NCBI GenBank assembly: GCA_028534125.1
Contig: CM052832.1
Coordinates: forward strand, 12,464,001-12,528,000
Direction of reading: 5' to 3'
DNA length: 64,000 bases
Source: Lama glama
Lineage: Eukaryota
Position numbers and translations under genes: made by a program
The notes under the pieces: generated by a model
Database searches by the model: none
What the model saw: the letters and a program-made list of their open reading frames with translations, nothing else
What the model was told of the DNA's origin: nothing
Part shown: positions 13,646 to 28,076 of the stretch, piece after piece
How positions within the stretch are numbered: position 1 is the stretch's first letter
Layout of the letters: each line of letters opens with the position of its first letter

Positions 13646-14321
13646 AAATGAATAGTGAAAGTTGAACATATCCCAGTTAGTAAAGACTTAGTTATTATAT
13701 AAAATCATTAGTTGTGAAGTTCTTTAAAAACAAACAAATAAACAAAAAACTTGAAGGTTTTAACTTCATTCTGGGAATCACCCAATCAGCATTCAGCATT
13801 TAGGGGGGTGGAAAGGGCCAGCTGTCAAACATCAAGCCTAAATCCTCCATGTTACAAATGATGACTTCAATGCCCAAAGAGATTAAGTGACTTACCCAAA
13901 GTGATTTCAAGGAGGGACTGGATTAGAAAAGGCTAATTTAGCATTATACTCTTCCTGACTCTAATATGAAAATATTCATTCTCTTGTATTCACATTGGTA
14001 AAACCAACATTCACTAATGATCATTGAAGCCAAATCAGACAGTAACATATATTGCTCTACTAAAACACAAGTGTTACAATTCCACTATATGCCAGCAACT
14101 GTAAACTAAGGAAAGTCTGTTTGGTACAAGTATACATAAGATTTCATTTCACTCAGGAAACTGTTTCCTTGATGAGAAACTGCTTCTACACACAAGCCAA
14201 GAAATTAAAATCCCATGCATAAATCCAAAGGAGGGTAGAGAGTCTTCAAATGATTTAGATAGTCTTAAAAACAACCAAAAGAAAAATAAAAATAAATTAA
14301 AAACCCTTTATCTGCACTTAC

Positions 14322-14362
14322 CAGCAAAGCATTTGGAACAGAGGTTCATAGTCTTGCTGGAC
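14322..14362 (-). CDS. ZFAND3: ZFAND3 coding exon 2 (41 nt; C-terminal half of the A20 finger)
   Basis: Minus strand: long pyrimidine tract ...TTTTTGCCCCAG|G TCC AGC AAG ACT ATG AAC CTC TGT TCC AAA TGC TTT GCT G|GTAAGT = (G)SSKTMNLCSKCFA. Phase matches exon 1 (GG+G) and completes RCPCGFWGSSKTMNLCSKC. Confidence 0.97.
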
Positions 14363-15774
14363 CTGGGGCAAAAAAAAAGAAAGAAAAGAAAGAAGAGCTA
14401 AAAATTCAGTATCACTCTAATCAAAACATAAAATGTTTGAAACATAGGCAAAAAATTTCCCAGCCAGGGAACTGAATTAATAAACTAATAATAAGTCCCT
14501 AACCATCCATCCCTCCCCACAACAAAACAAAAACAAACAAAACAACAAAAATAAAACAATACTTGTTTGCTTATACGTTTGTTATCTGTGAGCTAGCCAA
14601 TGCTTTATTTTTTGTGACTAGCAGCTTACGTAGGGGCAAGTTCAGAAAATACTGTAATATGCCCAGAAGAGAACAGAGGAGTAAATTTATCCTATGATTA
14701 CCACATTCCTTCTGTTTACACTTAAACATTTACCACAAAGTTATCACTTAAAAAACGAGGAATTTTGTCTCTAAAAGGGTAAAACTTGCTCCTAAATTTA
14801 CACACTCAATTACCTCTATAAGACCACTTGAACTTTTGTTTTCCTTCCCCTCATCCTAGTCCAATTTCAGATCCTGGTCACATTATGACCTTGCCTTTTA
14901 AAATTCTTTCTTTGTATGTTCCCAATCAAATGATTTCATGTCCTTTCATCTGTTAATAGCCACAATTCACTGAATACTAACTTGGATGGGCACTTAACAT
15001 ACCTTATCTTCATCTTCCCAACATCCCTGAGATTGGGTACTACCATATTGCTTTGTTTCTAAAATGCACTGTTTTAAAAATCACATTAACATTTCTATAG
15101 CTAGGAAACATCATACATTTGGCTACAGGTAATGGTGATGAATGATTTAATGAGGAAATGTTCCTACCACCTCTTCCAAGGTGTTATTAAACTGAGGGAC
15201 CTTAGAAATCAGGGAAAAACAGCCTCATCCCATTTAACAGGTGAGCAGCTTGTCCATGGTCACACAGCTGGGGAACTAACTGCACAGGAAGTATCTGACC
15301 TAAGGTCTGAGCCAACTTCAAAAGCCATCCTAACCAACTCCAAAAACCTCCTAGAATACTCTTGTTTGGCTGAGCTATCTACAGCCTCATTGCTCAGCAA
15401 CTCCCCTCCCAATATCTGAGTCTTTGCCCAGAGCCCCTCCTACACATGGAATAAGGCAACTATCTTCTGCCCTTAGCAAATTGTACAATTATGAAAGCCT
15501 CCCTCAGGAAGTATTCCTTGATGACTATGATTGTTTTCTAACGTACTGGGACCCAAGATCTAACTGTTAGTAACTGTCATAGGGTAACAAAATGAGGAGC
15601 TGGAGGAGAAGAGAGTAGGTGGGAAGGGGTCACTATTTCTCTTTCCCAAAAGAGATGCTATGTTAACAGGTGAATCTTTCTTCAGGACTTTTTAATATAA
15701 AAACATCAAAGGCAGTAAGGAAATGTACGTATCAACAAAATGAATAAACAGACAAAAAGATGATTAACAGTGGC

Positions 15775-15960
15775 ATCTAACATTTATTACACGCTTATTA
15801 CGTGGTAAGCATAATACCAGATGGCTTCAACCCCATTTTACCAATGAGGAAACAGGAAACAGAGGCTCCAAGAGGATTCATAACTTGCCAAGGTTACAGA
15901 ACTAGTATGTAGACGAACCTGGTCTAATTCCGAAGCCCGTATTCTTTTCACCATGCCAAA
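15775..15960 (-). mobile_element. MIR SINE
   Basis: CCCCATTTTACCAATGAGGAAAC..AGAGGCTC..AACTTGCCAAGGTTACA core. Similar MIR cores occur at ~3600-3810, 13840-13900, 14955-15310, 28620-28740, 39880-39985, 42085-42230, 50550-50740 and 59440-59560. Confidence 0.75.
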
Positions 15961-16826
15961 CTAGGGCCTTTGCCCCCAGTACAGCGGCTGAGGGAAACAC
16001 AGTCTGGTGGTTTGGGAGAATAGACCCACAACTAAAGATTTAATATATGGTAAGCCAGTCAACTCCCTGAGAAAATAAAACCTTTCATCTGGAGGAAGCA
16101 AGCATAACCCCTGCCCTCCCCTCCAAATACACATACACATACAAAGGGAAGCAACCCAAGGCTGCCAGTCAATTTAGTTCCAACTCAAGGAAGAACTGGG
16201 GGTAAAGGAATTCCTTTGTTGCCAGAACTCCCCCCAAAGGAGTTCCTCTTCCTGACAAAGCTGGTAAAAAAAAAAAAATTGGGAAAACAGCCATTTTTTC
16301 TGCAAGCACTTATCTCTCTTCAGATGGCTGATGTATTTAAAATACCCTCTATACCTATATATTAACTAACTGACATCCATTCTACTTCCTGAGTAGGAAT
16401 TTTTCAGCAACACAGTTATCAACCAGGTTATGAAAGAAATAATACAGCTACTGGTATTATTAATCAAAACAGAAATGTACGAAATCTGAAAGAAACTAGA
16501 TTTTGGCTACAGATATAATAGCTACTGGTTTTGCCAATTTGGATCACACAGCAACACTGAATTTGAAAAAACTGGCAGCGGCTTCTGAGAACTTTGCTCC
16601 TTTCTCATGTTCAACATGTAAAACTCGAAGCTAACCACAGGCATGCAACTACTGATTGCCCAATATAACACAGGGTGATCAATTTGCACAGTTTTAGGAT
16701 GAACAACAGAGTTCTCTATGTGGCAGCAAGCATAAAAGGTAAATATGATTCTCTTATGTCCCCACTACTCCAAAGAAATTGCTCTTACTGAGAACTCCAA
16801 TGGTCACCATGTTTCTAAAACCAACG

Positions 16827-17259
16827 TTTAGTAGGTTGATTAATGGCGATCCAAAGGTACCAAATCCTAATCCCTGGAATTCGTAATCCCTGGAGTTTAC
16901 CATATTTGGGGGGAAAGTTCTTTGCAGATGAATGAAGCTAAACATTTTGAGCTAACTCTGTATTATCAAGGTGGGCCCTACATGGCATTACAAATGTTTT
17001 TGGAGAGACACATAGAGGAGAAGGCAATGTGAAGATGGAGGTAGAGCCTGGAGGAATGTGGTCACAAATTCAGGAATGCTGAAGCAGCCACCAGAAGTGG
17101 GAAGAGGCAAGAAATGAAATTTTCCCTAGAGCCCCCTGGAGGAAAGGCAGTTCTGCCAGATTTTGGACTTCTAGGCTCCAGAAACTTAAGAGAATACGTT
17201 TCTGTTGTATTAAGCTATCAAATTTGCGGTAATTTGTTACATCCCAGAAAACTGATACA
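16827..17259 (+). mobile_element. MaLR solo LTR (MLT1C/D type)
   Basis: CCTAATCCCTGGAA..CTTTGCAGATG..GCAGCCACCAGAAG..TTTCTGTTGTATTAAGC..AATTTGTTACA..CTGATACA. Confidence 0.85.
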
Positions 17260-17279
17260 CAGGGTTATGACTCTGATCT

Positions 17280-18512
17280 CATTTTACTCTCTCAGCACGT
17301 CTCAGCAAGATCCTTCCTTCTTGAAACTCTACTTTTGCCTTCTTGTCACTCAGGTCCTAGATCAAATCTATCCACTACCTCCACCCCATTTTCCTCCCAC
17401 ATAACTGCTCCCTCTTAAGTCACCTTTGCTAGCTCCTCCTCCACCATCAAGACATTTATCCAGAGGTCTAAGGACTCAGTCCTTATTATCCCTACTTCCA
17501 AATTAGTGATCTCACAGAGTCCAATGGCTTTGAATACATTACCTATGCACTAAAGATTCACAAATGTTTACCTTCATCCCAAACTTCTTCATCTTGCTGC
17601 AAACTCATATATCTAACTGCCTGTTTGACATCTTAATATGCAACTCAGACTCAACATTTCAAACTAGAACACTCAATACTCCCACAAAATTTGCCTGATC
17701 CATTTTGTTCACCTTTGTAAAGGGCAACACCTTCTTCCCAGTTGCTGAAGGTAAAATCCAAGAAACCAACTTTGATTTCCCTCTTTCCTGCAGTCTTTCA
17801 TACACAATACTCAGCAAGATCCAATGGCTCTATTTCTAAATAGAACTAAATCTATCTACTTCTGTCCTTTGCCAGTGCTTCTACTCTGGCCACCATGCTC
17901 TCACCTGGACCACTAAGTGACTTTTTACTGGTCTCCAGATTCCTACTCTTCACCTTTGACACTGATGTTCCACATAGCAGCAAGAGCAATCTTTTTTTAA
18001 AACAAGTTAGATCTTACTATTTTCTTTCTTAATGTCATCCAATAATTTCCTATCGTACTTTAGTATAAAATTCAAACTTCTTACCAGAGCCTTGAGGCCT
18101 CTTCGTGATCTGTCTCCGCCTCCCTCTCCTCTTCCTTTCTTACCATTTTGCTCCTCTCACTTACCACATTTAAACCATACTAGGTTTTTCATCTGTTTCT
18201 AGAATATACTTTAGAACTCTTGCCCGTGCTGTTTCCTCTACACTTAAATCACTGTAGGACTGGCTTTTTCTTGCCACTCAGGTCCTGGTTAAAACCTCCT
18301 CAGTAGGCTTCACCTGACTATCCAATTTAAATTAGATCTCTTTCTGTTTTCTTTTCTTCATAACACATCATTCTTTGGTATCGCACCACGACCTGTTTGC
18401 TTGTTGACTACCTTCCAACACTAGAATGTAAGTGTTGTAAGAGCAAAGATCCTCTTGGACACCCCTGTTTGGTACTTAACAGGCATCCAGTAAATACTTG
18501 TTAAATGAAGAA
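17280..18512 (+). mobile_element. LINE-2 3' portion
   Basis: C/T-rich L2 body ending TAGAATGTAAG..GGTACTTAACAGGCATCCAGTAAATACTTGTTAAATGAA, the typical L2 tail. Confidence 0.8.
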
Positions 18513-18809
18513 ATAAATCTTCTCTCGAAGGCATGAACTATGAAAAATCTAAGTAATTTTTTAAATGTATTTTGTAAAGGTCATTCAAAAACCTCCTGGA
18601 AGACAGGGCATCCACAATCCTATACCTGTCAGCCTGTCATCTCTCAGGAGGTCTGTCACACTATATTGCCTATAAATGGTAGATCATGCCACCCTGTGTA
18701 CCTGGCCATGATTTGTCACTCAACAGATAACAGGTGGCAGACACTTTCAAAGGTTTCTTTCCAGTAAGATGGAGCTGCAAAGAAACCAATTTAAATTTTT
18801 TTCTTCTTT

Positions 18810-19570
18810 CAATAAATAATGCTTAAAGATATTTTCTGGGTTTGAAAATACATGTCATTTGTACAGAATTTAGTCAAAGTACAGAAGCATTTAAGCAAAA
18901 ACCAAGAATCACTGATAATCTTACCCCCAAACATAAGAATTGTTAACATTCTGAAATAATTCCTTTTTATCTTTATGGATAGATATACCTAATTAAGAAT
19001 TTATTATATTTAACAGTACTGGTAAAGCTCTGTGGTATAGTCACAGGTTTGCTTTATAACATATACACATATTTTCTTTTGTATATATCAAATAACTCAC
19101 AAAGAAATCTATAATAATATGTAAATTTCCTTTTTTCGCTGCATATTTACATATAATGAAACTTCCGACATCATTAAATACTCTTCTAAAACATCCTTGT
19201 TGCTCTGTAATTGTCCATTTACATACTAATATTACAATTTATTCAGTCACTCTCTTACTGTTGGATGTTTAATCTTTTTTCCAGATTCTTTCTATTATAA
19301 TTATTGCTATAATGAGCATTTTTAGACATATATCTTTGGTCATAAATCTCTGGCTGAATAACTTCTTTAAGACTGACTCTGAAAAGGAGAATTATTAAGA
19401 TGAAAAAGTACAGTTTTGGTAAGTATTGCCAATTTACTTCCCAGATAAGTTCTACCAATTTACACTCTCATCAAAAGTATCTGAAAGTATTTTTTCAATA
19501 AATCTCACCAACAATAAGTATATTAATTTCAAATCTTCGTTTGATGTGAGAAATGGTTATCTTGCTTTAA
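18810..19570 (-). mobile_element. Old LINE-1 (L1ME-like) fragments
   Basis: CTGTTGGATGTTTAA..TTCCAG..GCTATAATGAGCATT..TATTGCCAATTTACTTCCC..TACCAATTTACACTCTCATCA. Confidence 0.6.
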
Positions 19571-22500
19571 TCATGTGTTTTCTTCTGAAAAAAAATTTCT
19601 GATTTTGAAGGATATTAAATTTTTAATGAAAAATAAATTAATCTTCCAGCTAACTTGCCTCAAGGAATTAAAAAAATTCCTAATTCCTGAGAATTCTAGA
19701 GACATTTTATTGACAATATTTTCTTGACATTCATACAAAACTACTATCTATCTACTGTCACCACCCAGGAAAACACACACACATGCCAGGTCCCCCAAAA
19801 TATTTTAATACAAATATGGAAATAAAAAACAACCCTGTCACCGTATCAGAAAGACACTGAGACACAAGATAAAATAAAGACGAGTTAAAAGGAAAAACAA
19901 CAGCACCAGTACACAAATATGCCAAGCCATTCCAGCCTAATGTCCTTAAGTTTCTCCATGTAAGGCATGTATCATAAAATTTTCAACAGTCTAGACTACA
20001 AAAAGAGAATTTCTTTCTTAATGAAGAGAACCAATCTGTAAAAACCAACCAGTCAAATTTCCTAATTCAATCTCCTTTAATAATCCAGAGGAACGAGGGG
20101 AAGAGTAGGAAGGAGAGGAGAGATAGGCAGGGATGTGTGTGTAGGTGCAAAGAAAGAGAAGGAAAAACAAACCACAATGCCTCCTCCACTCTAAAAATCA
20201 TTTCAGTCACCTTATAAGTAAAGTTAGATGATTAAAGAATAGTAACAATCTGCGTGCCACCTCATATAATTACAGTCAGAAAGTCTAGCTTCCTACAACA
20301 GGTAGGAAGCAGCAAACAACTCTACTAAATGATCACTCTTAGCTCACCCCAGGCAAACCAGAAAAAGGTCAGTTCAAACAGATGACATCCTAGCTGGCAA
20401 TGACAAAGGAAGCCTTCAACAGTGCATCCAGTCTGCCTGAACTGTCACACATCACTCTAAATCATTCAGACAATGTCTGCAAAGTTTTCTTTTTAAGAGA
20501 ATATTACGAAGGAAAAGATGGAGTTGTTAACAAGGGGGATTAGTTTCTAGAATGTAGCAATATGGGTCCTGCTACTTTAAAAGCTAATTTCAGTGTCATA
20601 AGTTAGATTCTAGGCAGATATTGTAATGAACCATGTCTTAACATTTTATACCCAAACTCAAGGACAGGAAAGACAAAGCATACACCTCTGGTTTTATGTG
20701 TTTTAAGTCCCTGCACTAAAAAGATACACAGACAAACACATTATCATCTGTGGCCCTGTACATATTACTAAAAGTTTAGTCCGGCACTATCTAACAATTT
20801 AAACAAGATGAGGCATGGGCATCAATAAAGTAGTTAAAAATAAAGAATAAAAAATAAAATATGTAAAGCCCTAACAGAAAAGCAAGAGGAAAAAATACAA
20901 TGAACTGAATAAAAATACCAAATAATTTTCCACATAAGAGAAACAATGACACTATCAATTCTAACACATACTGTCTTACCATATAGGCCCAAATATAAGG
21001 AAAGGTTTTCTTCCCTAAAATTATCCTTCAAGAAGAATTGCTTTATAATTAAATCCTTACTTTTGAAGTAGGCACCAATAATTTTATACTAAACACCAAC
21101 AGAGAAGAAAGAAACAAAGAAAGAAAAAGCTTCCCCAAAATCCGGAAGTGGAAACTATAGGCATACAGTCATTCGCAGGGGAATAGCATTTAGGATTTCA
21201 AAAGAGGAAGACCCTGTCAGTGAAATCAAACTCCCAGGGACATCTATCCAGTCAGAGTCTGTGAAAGGGGCGAGAGTGAAGTGCTCACCTCTGGGCATAA
21301 ACACTGAGGTCTAGAAAAACATCAGACAACACTAGTGCTGGATGCTTTGTCAAAGTTATTACACCAAACAAGTTTCAAGAGGGAGTAAAGTACAATTCTA
21401 AATGCAGGTAAATATTTATTTCTGGAGTGTGATGTCACAATTACAAGAGGTAGCTGCCGCTGAAAAAGTCCTCTGAAGATCATTTAGAAAGTAACGCAAT
21501 AAAAAGCCTTGGAAAGTTAGGAAGATCACAAATAACTTCAAAATGGTGGCAACTCTCCTAAAGTTATATGAATGAATTCTTGTGGCTTCAGATAAAATTT
21601 TCAGAGAGCAACATTTACAGAGTTTTAAAGTGCTCTATAGTAAACAACCTGTAAGGAAGTGAATAACTGAAAAACTGTCATCAATAACTTTAAATGTGGT
21701 TTTAGTAAATATTAAAAACATGCATGGCTGTGAAGATGTGGAGCATTCAAGTAAATCTGTTTCATAAAATGAATGTGGAAAAGTAACATTTTTAAATGTA
21801 CATATATTCAATATATAAATACTCATTGTGTATACTAGAATATATTCAAATACATATAAATTAATAGTATAAGCTATCATATTAAATAAGCATGTGCAGT
21901 TACTATTGAGGCAAACTAAGAATATATGCGATCTTTTTTTATAATTGCATGTAAATCTATCTCAAAATAAAAGTTAAGGTATTTAAAATATGTGAAACTA
22001 GTATTTTAATTAACTATTTAACATTTTAATTATTTAATCTATACCCCTAAAACTTTCTATATTCACGTTGACCCAAACACTTCTTTTTCTTACTGAGAAG
22101 ATGGAGAAATGCCTTAAATCTGGGCCTTTTCATTTGTGAATATATATAGTATTTAAGGAAATTCAAACCCTATATTAGAGAAAAGCTAACGCTCTGCAGA
22201 ATTCACTTCTGTAGTAGAGAAAATAGCAGGGAAAAAAGACTAAGTTCACTGCTGTCCAGATACCTAAAGAAATTGTACACAGGCTGATGATTAAACTTCT
22301 CACTTAAATTATTCCTATCCATTTTATTAAAAGTTTTTTAGAACTGTACATCAAAGGAGCATACTTCATGAAGTGGTGCAAATGTTCTATATCGTGATCT
22401 GGGTGGTGACTATGTAAGTGTATACATTTGTTGAAATTCATTATATATATATATATAAGATTGTGCATTTTACTACATATAAATTATAGCTCAATAAAGT

Positions 22501-23620
22501 ATTATTGGTACAAAAAATAATTTTTAAAATTCTACACTACATTAGGTACTACTACTGGTTCATTACAAAAGGCATTCTTTGTATTGCTATGAAAACAAAA
22601 CATAGATTTCCCAACCTTTGGTACAGGAACAAATATCTGAGAACAGAGTATTTAAGAGAGGTAACAATGAAGTACTCCCTGTCCTTATTTTACTCCTGGC
22701 TAGCCATGCTGCCACTGCAAATAGATGAGAGTTTGGAGACACAAAGTTTATGGGGGTTAGAGTGTTTCTACCTGAATAGTGGTCAAAAAAATTAAATGGC
22801 TATGAAACTTCTGTAATGGGTTAATAATTATACTAAAGAACCACTTCTTCTAAGGAAAAATACTGAGCCCTGCATTTTCCCCATCATTACACAAAAAATA
22901 CTGAAGAATTATATATGCACCTATCCTACCCAAGTGACATATTTCTGCTTCATCCTGGTGAAATGTGCATTTATCTACTCTTATTATTAAGATAATTTAG
23001 GCGTTCAAGCAGAGGCATTCACTTATCCATATTTATGGAAAATCACATCAAACGCAGGATAATTTTAATAAGAGATGAAAAGTAAACCTAACATATTATT
23101 ATTAGATCTTTCTTTTGTCAGAAAATGAGACATAAACCTGGGACATGATAGAGTCACAAGGGTTCAAGCTACAAGGTTAAATAGGCTACCAAGGGTAGCT
23201 GTATGGTTAAGAAAGAAAAGCACAAGGTGCTTCTATCAGCTGGAAGATATCCAAGTAAAAAGACATCTACAAGATGTAACATTTCATTTTATGTAGTTCC
23301 TTTAAGATGCAAGTACCAACAGAATATCTACTAAATATGGAGGAGGAGAAAGTAATATCCAGCAATATACAAGAACAAGAAAAATTTTAATGTGCAGTTA
23401 ATGTCACTGACGTTAAAAAATAAATGCCTTTTGTACTTCAACAGCACCTTTCATGTGTTCAAATTCTAAATATTTTACATATCACATCAGTGTACCAGGA
23501 TATTCTGGGGGAGGGGGTGGAAGGGTTGGGACTACACCTACCTTGAATCTAGGGGAGAAATGGATGAAAAATGATAGCAGAAGAGAAACTGCTCTCCTTA
23601 TTCCCAGTCCAATGCTCATC

Positions 23621-24120
23621 NNNNNNNNNNNNNNNNNNNNNNNNNNNNNNNNNNNNNNNNNNNNNNNNNNNNNNNNNNNNNNNNNNNNNNNNNNNNNNNN
23701 NNNNNNNNNNNNNNNNNNNNNNNNNNNNNNNNNNNNNNNNNNNNNNNNNNNNNNNNNNNNNNNNNNNNNNNNNNNNNNNNNNNNNNNNNNNNNNNNNNNN
23801 NNNNNNNNNNNNNNNNNNNNNNNNNNNNNNNNNNNNNNNNNNNNNNNNNNNNNNNNNNNNNNNNNNNNNNNNNNNNNNNNNNNNNNNNNNNNNNNNNNNN
23901 NNNNNNNNNNNNNNNNNNNNNNNNNNNNNNNNNNNNNNNNNNNNNNNNNNNNNNNNNNNNNNNNNNNNNNNNNNNNNNNNNNNNNNNNNNNNNNNNNNNN
24001 NNNNNNNNNNNNNNNNNNNNNNNNNNNNNNNNNNNNNNNNNNNNNNNNNNNNNNNNNNNNNNNNNNNNNNNNNNNNNNNNNNNNNNNNNNNNNNNNNNNN
24101 NNNNNNNNNNNNNNNNNNNN
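23621..24120. other. Assembly gap (500 N)
   Basis: Run of exactly 500 N. Confidence 1.
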
Positions 24121-25289
24121 TAAATTCTTTGGGTTATATTTTTTAACAAAACAAAGCTTGAACTTCTAACATGTTAGATTTTAAGAGGTACTTTGTCTTT
24201 ATAGTCCTATATAGTAATCTTATATACAAGATTGCACTCACCTCTTTTGTCTTGGTATTTTACTTAATTTTAATAGCTTTAATTTTAATAGCTCTAATCC
24301 TCTTTTCTTAGCTTTTATTTTTCTAGGAAGAAGTCTGTTTAGTCTAGATGTTCATACTTGTAAATATTCTGATATCTTTTCCAAATTGTATGTTACATCT
24401 TTTTGAAGTGCATCTATGTTACTGAAGACTCTAGACAGGTATATTCTCTTTTTCCTTGCCCCATTATTTAAGAAAAATTAGGTGAGATATGAAGTAACAT
24501 GAGCAGGCAGACTTGTGGCTGATACTGATTTATATTTTTTTATTCATGCTATGGGTTGTATGTGTCAATATGACACAGAAGAGGGGACATATTAGTCCAT
24601 ACGTAGTGTGATTGAGCATTACAGTTGAATTGGATTTTTCAGGTACTATGAAAATATTTTGCTACATGTTATTTTCTGTAAAGTCTTCAGTTTATCTAGC
24701 TATATGACTACTATGTTATGATTTAAAGGAATTATAAGCATTTCATTTGAATTCTGTGATCAAAGACAGTTGGGTGATTTGAATTTATAGGTGAGCTCTT
24801 ATAAGAGTACAATTGTATAGTGTTGTGTTAATGGTAAATTATTTTAATGTTAAATATGTGTAAATGGTAAATATACACAAAGGTACTTTTTAAATTTGTT
24901 TAGAGTTATATGGATAAGTTTAATAGTCTCATAAGTATATTGGCAACTTGCTGTTGCTTTGTTTTAGAATATCCTAGGTCAGGAGGGTGATGTTGAAGCT
25001 ATTTTGACTCCCTGCTGCTTTACAACATGGAAACTGACAAGAATGTCCAGAGTATTGGCTGTATTTGCAGACAAGGACAACTTGCTGTATTTTAACTCAG
25101 AAAGAGATTAGAAAGTTGATGCTTGATCTCCTGGCTCAGAATTCACTGCATGTCTGAAGTGCTGCTGCTGTTATTTGTTTAGCTAAAATCTTGGGGTTAT
25201 CATTTTCTAGTTATGAAAGGGATTGAAAATTTTTGGATATAGCATTAATATTACATTAAATGTAGAAAGTAAGTTTCAGTTGCTTTCTT

Positions 25290-26465
25290 CCTCTTCATTT
25301 TATTTTTGCTTAATTTTTTTTACGTTGAGACATAATTCACATACCATAAAATTCATCCTTTAAAAGTGTGCAGTTTAGTGATTTTTAGTATATTCGGAAA
25401 GCTGTGCAACCATCACCACCATCTAATTCCAGTAAATTTTCGCCACAAAAAGAAATCACGTGCTCATTAGCAGTCGCTCCACATTCCTCTCTCCCTCTGG
25501 CAATCATAAGTCTACTGTCTGTTTTTAATGATTTGCCAGTTTTGAACACTTTACATAAATGGAATCATAAAATATATGGCCTTTTGTGTCTGGCTTCTTT
25601 CACTTAGCGTAATGTTTTTAATTTTTAAGGTTCATCTCTGTTGTAGCATGTATTAATACTTCATTTCTTTTTATGGCTGAATGATATTCCTTTGTATGGA
25701 TGTACCACATTTGTTTATCCATTCATCAGTATATGGACATATGGGTTGTTAGCACTTCTCGGCTACTATGAATAATACTGTAAGCATTTGTATGCAAGTT
25801 TTTGTTTGAACACCTGTTTTCAGCTCTCTTGGATATACACCTAGGAGGGGAATTGCTGGGTCATATGGTAACTCGATGTTCAGCTGTTTGAGTAATTGCT
25901 AGGCTGTTTTCCACAGTGGGTGCACCATTTTACATTCCCACCAGCAGTGTATAAGGGTTCCAATTTCTCCACATTCTTGCCAACACTTAGACTGTTGAAC
26001 AGTATTTTGATTATAGCCATCCTAGTGGGTGTGAAGTGGTATCTCACTGTGGTTTTGATTTGCATTTGCTAATGATTAACGATGTTGAACATCTTTTCAT
26101 GTGTCTATTGTCCATTTGTTTATCTTCTTTGGAGAAATGTCTGTTCAAATCCTTTGCCCATTTTTAAATTGGGTTATGTCTTTTTTATTGTTGAATTTAT
26201 TAAAGTTTTTTATTGGATGTGTTCTGGTTACAAGTCTCTTATCAGATATATGATTTGTGTATCTTCCCATTCTGTAGGTGGTTTTTACACATTTCTTGAG
26301 ATGGTGTCCTTTAAAGCATGAAAGTTTTTGATTTTGGTGAAGTGCAATTTATCTTTTTTTTGATTGCTTATGCTTTTGATGTCGTATCTAAGAAAATGTT
26401 GACCAATCCAAGGTCATGAAGATTTACAACTATGTTTTTTTCTAATTGTCTTATAGTTTTAGCTT
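25290..26465 (-). mobile_element. LINE-1 (L1MB-like) 3' fragment
   Basis: Minus-strand peptide [35 protein letters not shown] is the L1 ORF2 C-terminal domain. Confidence 0.9.
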
Positions 26466-27324
26466 TTCTCTTATATTGAAATAATTGATCCATTAAAACA
26501 TTTTTTGAGGAGGTTGTAAATATTCATGAATAAATAGAAAGTTAAATATATTTTTGTAATATGCAGGCAGCAGTAAGTAGCTAGACTCCATCTAATATTT
26601 GTCATACTCTATTCACATATGGAATGCCATTCTTTCTTCCATTTAAACATTTGAAATTTAGACTTTCCCTACCAAATGTTACAATGACTGGCTGGGATTG
26701 GCTTTTAAATGTGTTTTGTGGGGGTCATGCTAAATCAAAAAACAGCTTCAGATGGTATTTTATGTTCCGATTCTTATATGAAAGATAACTTGTGTCTACA
26801 GTTTGTTAAATCTTGTTTTAGATGGGCCGTTCCTATGTTGATGAGCAAGTGTTTAAATATTTTCATCTTTTAGTTTTTTTCTGTATAGTTGAGTTGCTTA
26901 TGGGACAAAGAGACTTTGTTGACCCTTTGAAAAATTGACCTAAAGAATTAGTATGCATTTCATGCTTCTTGCTGAATTCTTGTTATTATAGGGTTATATA
27001 AAGGATACATTTGTGTATCTTTTGTAGTTTATAATGATGCTGAGCACATTATAACTAATCAGTAAATAACAAATGATGAAGGCCTTGGGATAACCTTTAA
27101 TTAGCCCCTTTTTCTGTTTCTTCTGTTCACAAGGTATGTGGTGATTGTAAACTTTAACCCTAGAATTTTAGGCTTAAACTAAACCTTTAAAATGAAACTA
27201 TTTTTTCTTCTTCAATAGCTACTTAAAAAAAGGAGGGAGAGAAATTGTACTCTTAGTTATGTCTCAGTTTTCTGCTGATGACGCTATCTCAAGTATGGTA
27301 GTATTTCTCATTTGAATGAATAAT

Positions 27325-28076
27325 TTTTTTTTGTTTATTTGTTTTTGCAGATTATATTCCATTATAGGTTACAAGATATTGGATGTACTTCTCTGTGCTA
27401 CACAGTAAATCTTTATTACTTATCTGTTTTAGGTGGAGTTTGTATCTGTTCATCTCATATTCCTAATTTGACCTTCCCCCACCTCCCTTTCCCCTTTAGT
27501 AACCATTAAGTTTGTTTTCTATGTCTGTGAGTCTGTTTCTGTTTTGTATATAGATTCACTAGTACTATTTTTTATATTCCACATATAAGTGATTGTCATA
27601 TAGTATTTGTCTTTCTCTGCATGACTTATTTCTCTAAGCATTATATTCTCTAGGTCCATCCATGTTGCTGCAAATGGCAGTGTTTCATTCTTTTTTATGG
27701 CTGAGTAATATTCCATTATATGTATGCATATGTGTCTGTGTATATGTATGTATGTATATCACATCTTCTTAAGCCAGTCACCTGTTGATGGGCACTTAGG
27801 TTGCTTCCATGACTTGGCTATTGTAAATAGTTGCTACTGTGAACACTGGGGTGAGTGTATCTTTTCAAATTAAAGTGTTTGGTTTTTTCTGGATGTATAC
27901 CCAGGAGTTGAATTGCTGGATCTTATGGTAGTTCTATTTTTATTTTTTTAAGGAACCTCCATACTGTTTTTCACAGTGGCTGCACCAATTTTCATTCCCA
28001 CGAACAGTGTACATGGGCTCCCTTTTCTCCACATCCTCTCCAGCATCTATTGTTTACAGACTTTTTGATGATAACC
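27325..28076 (-). mobile_element. 5'-truncated LINE-1 with 12-bp TSD
   Basis: Peptide MEYYSAIKKNETLPFAATWMDLENIML. TSD TGAATGAATAAT at 27313-27324 and 28077-28088. Poly-T at the left end. Confidence 0.92.

Larger units (their letters stand above)
1..14321 (-). other. ZFAND3: ZFAND3 intron 2 (partial; continues beyond the window start)
   Basis: Starts at GTAAGT (14321-14316). I did not find exon 3 sequence in the window. Confidence 0.85.

Noticed and set aside
23453..24169. ORFs of 177-238 aa
   Set aside because: Artefacts of reading through N runs.
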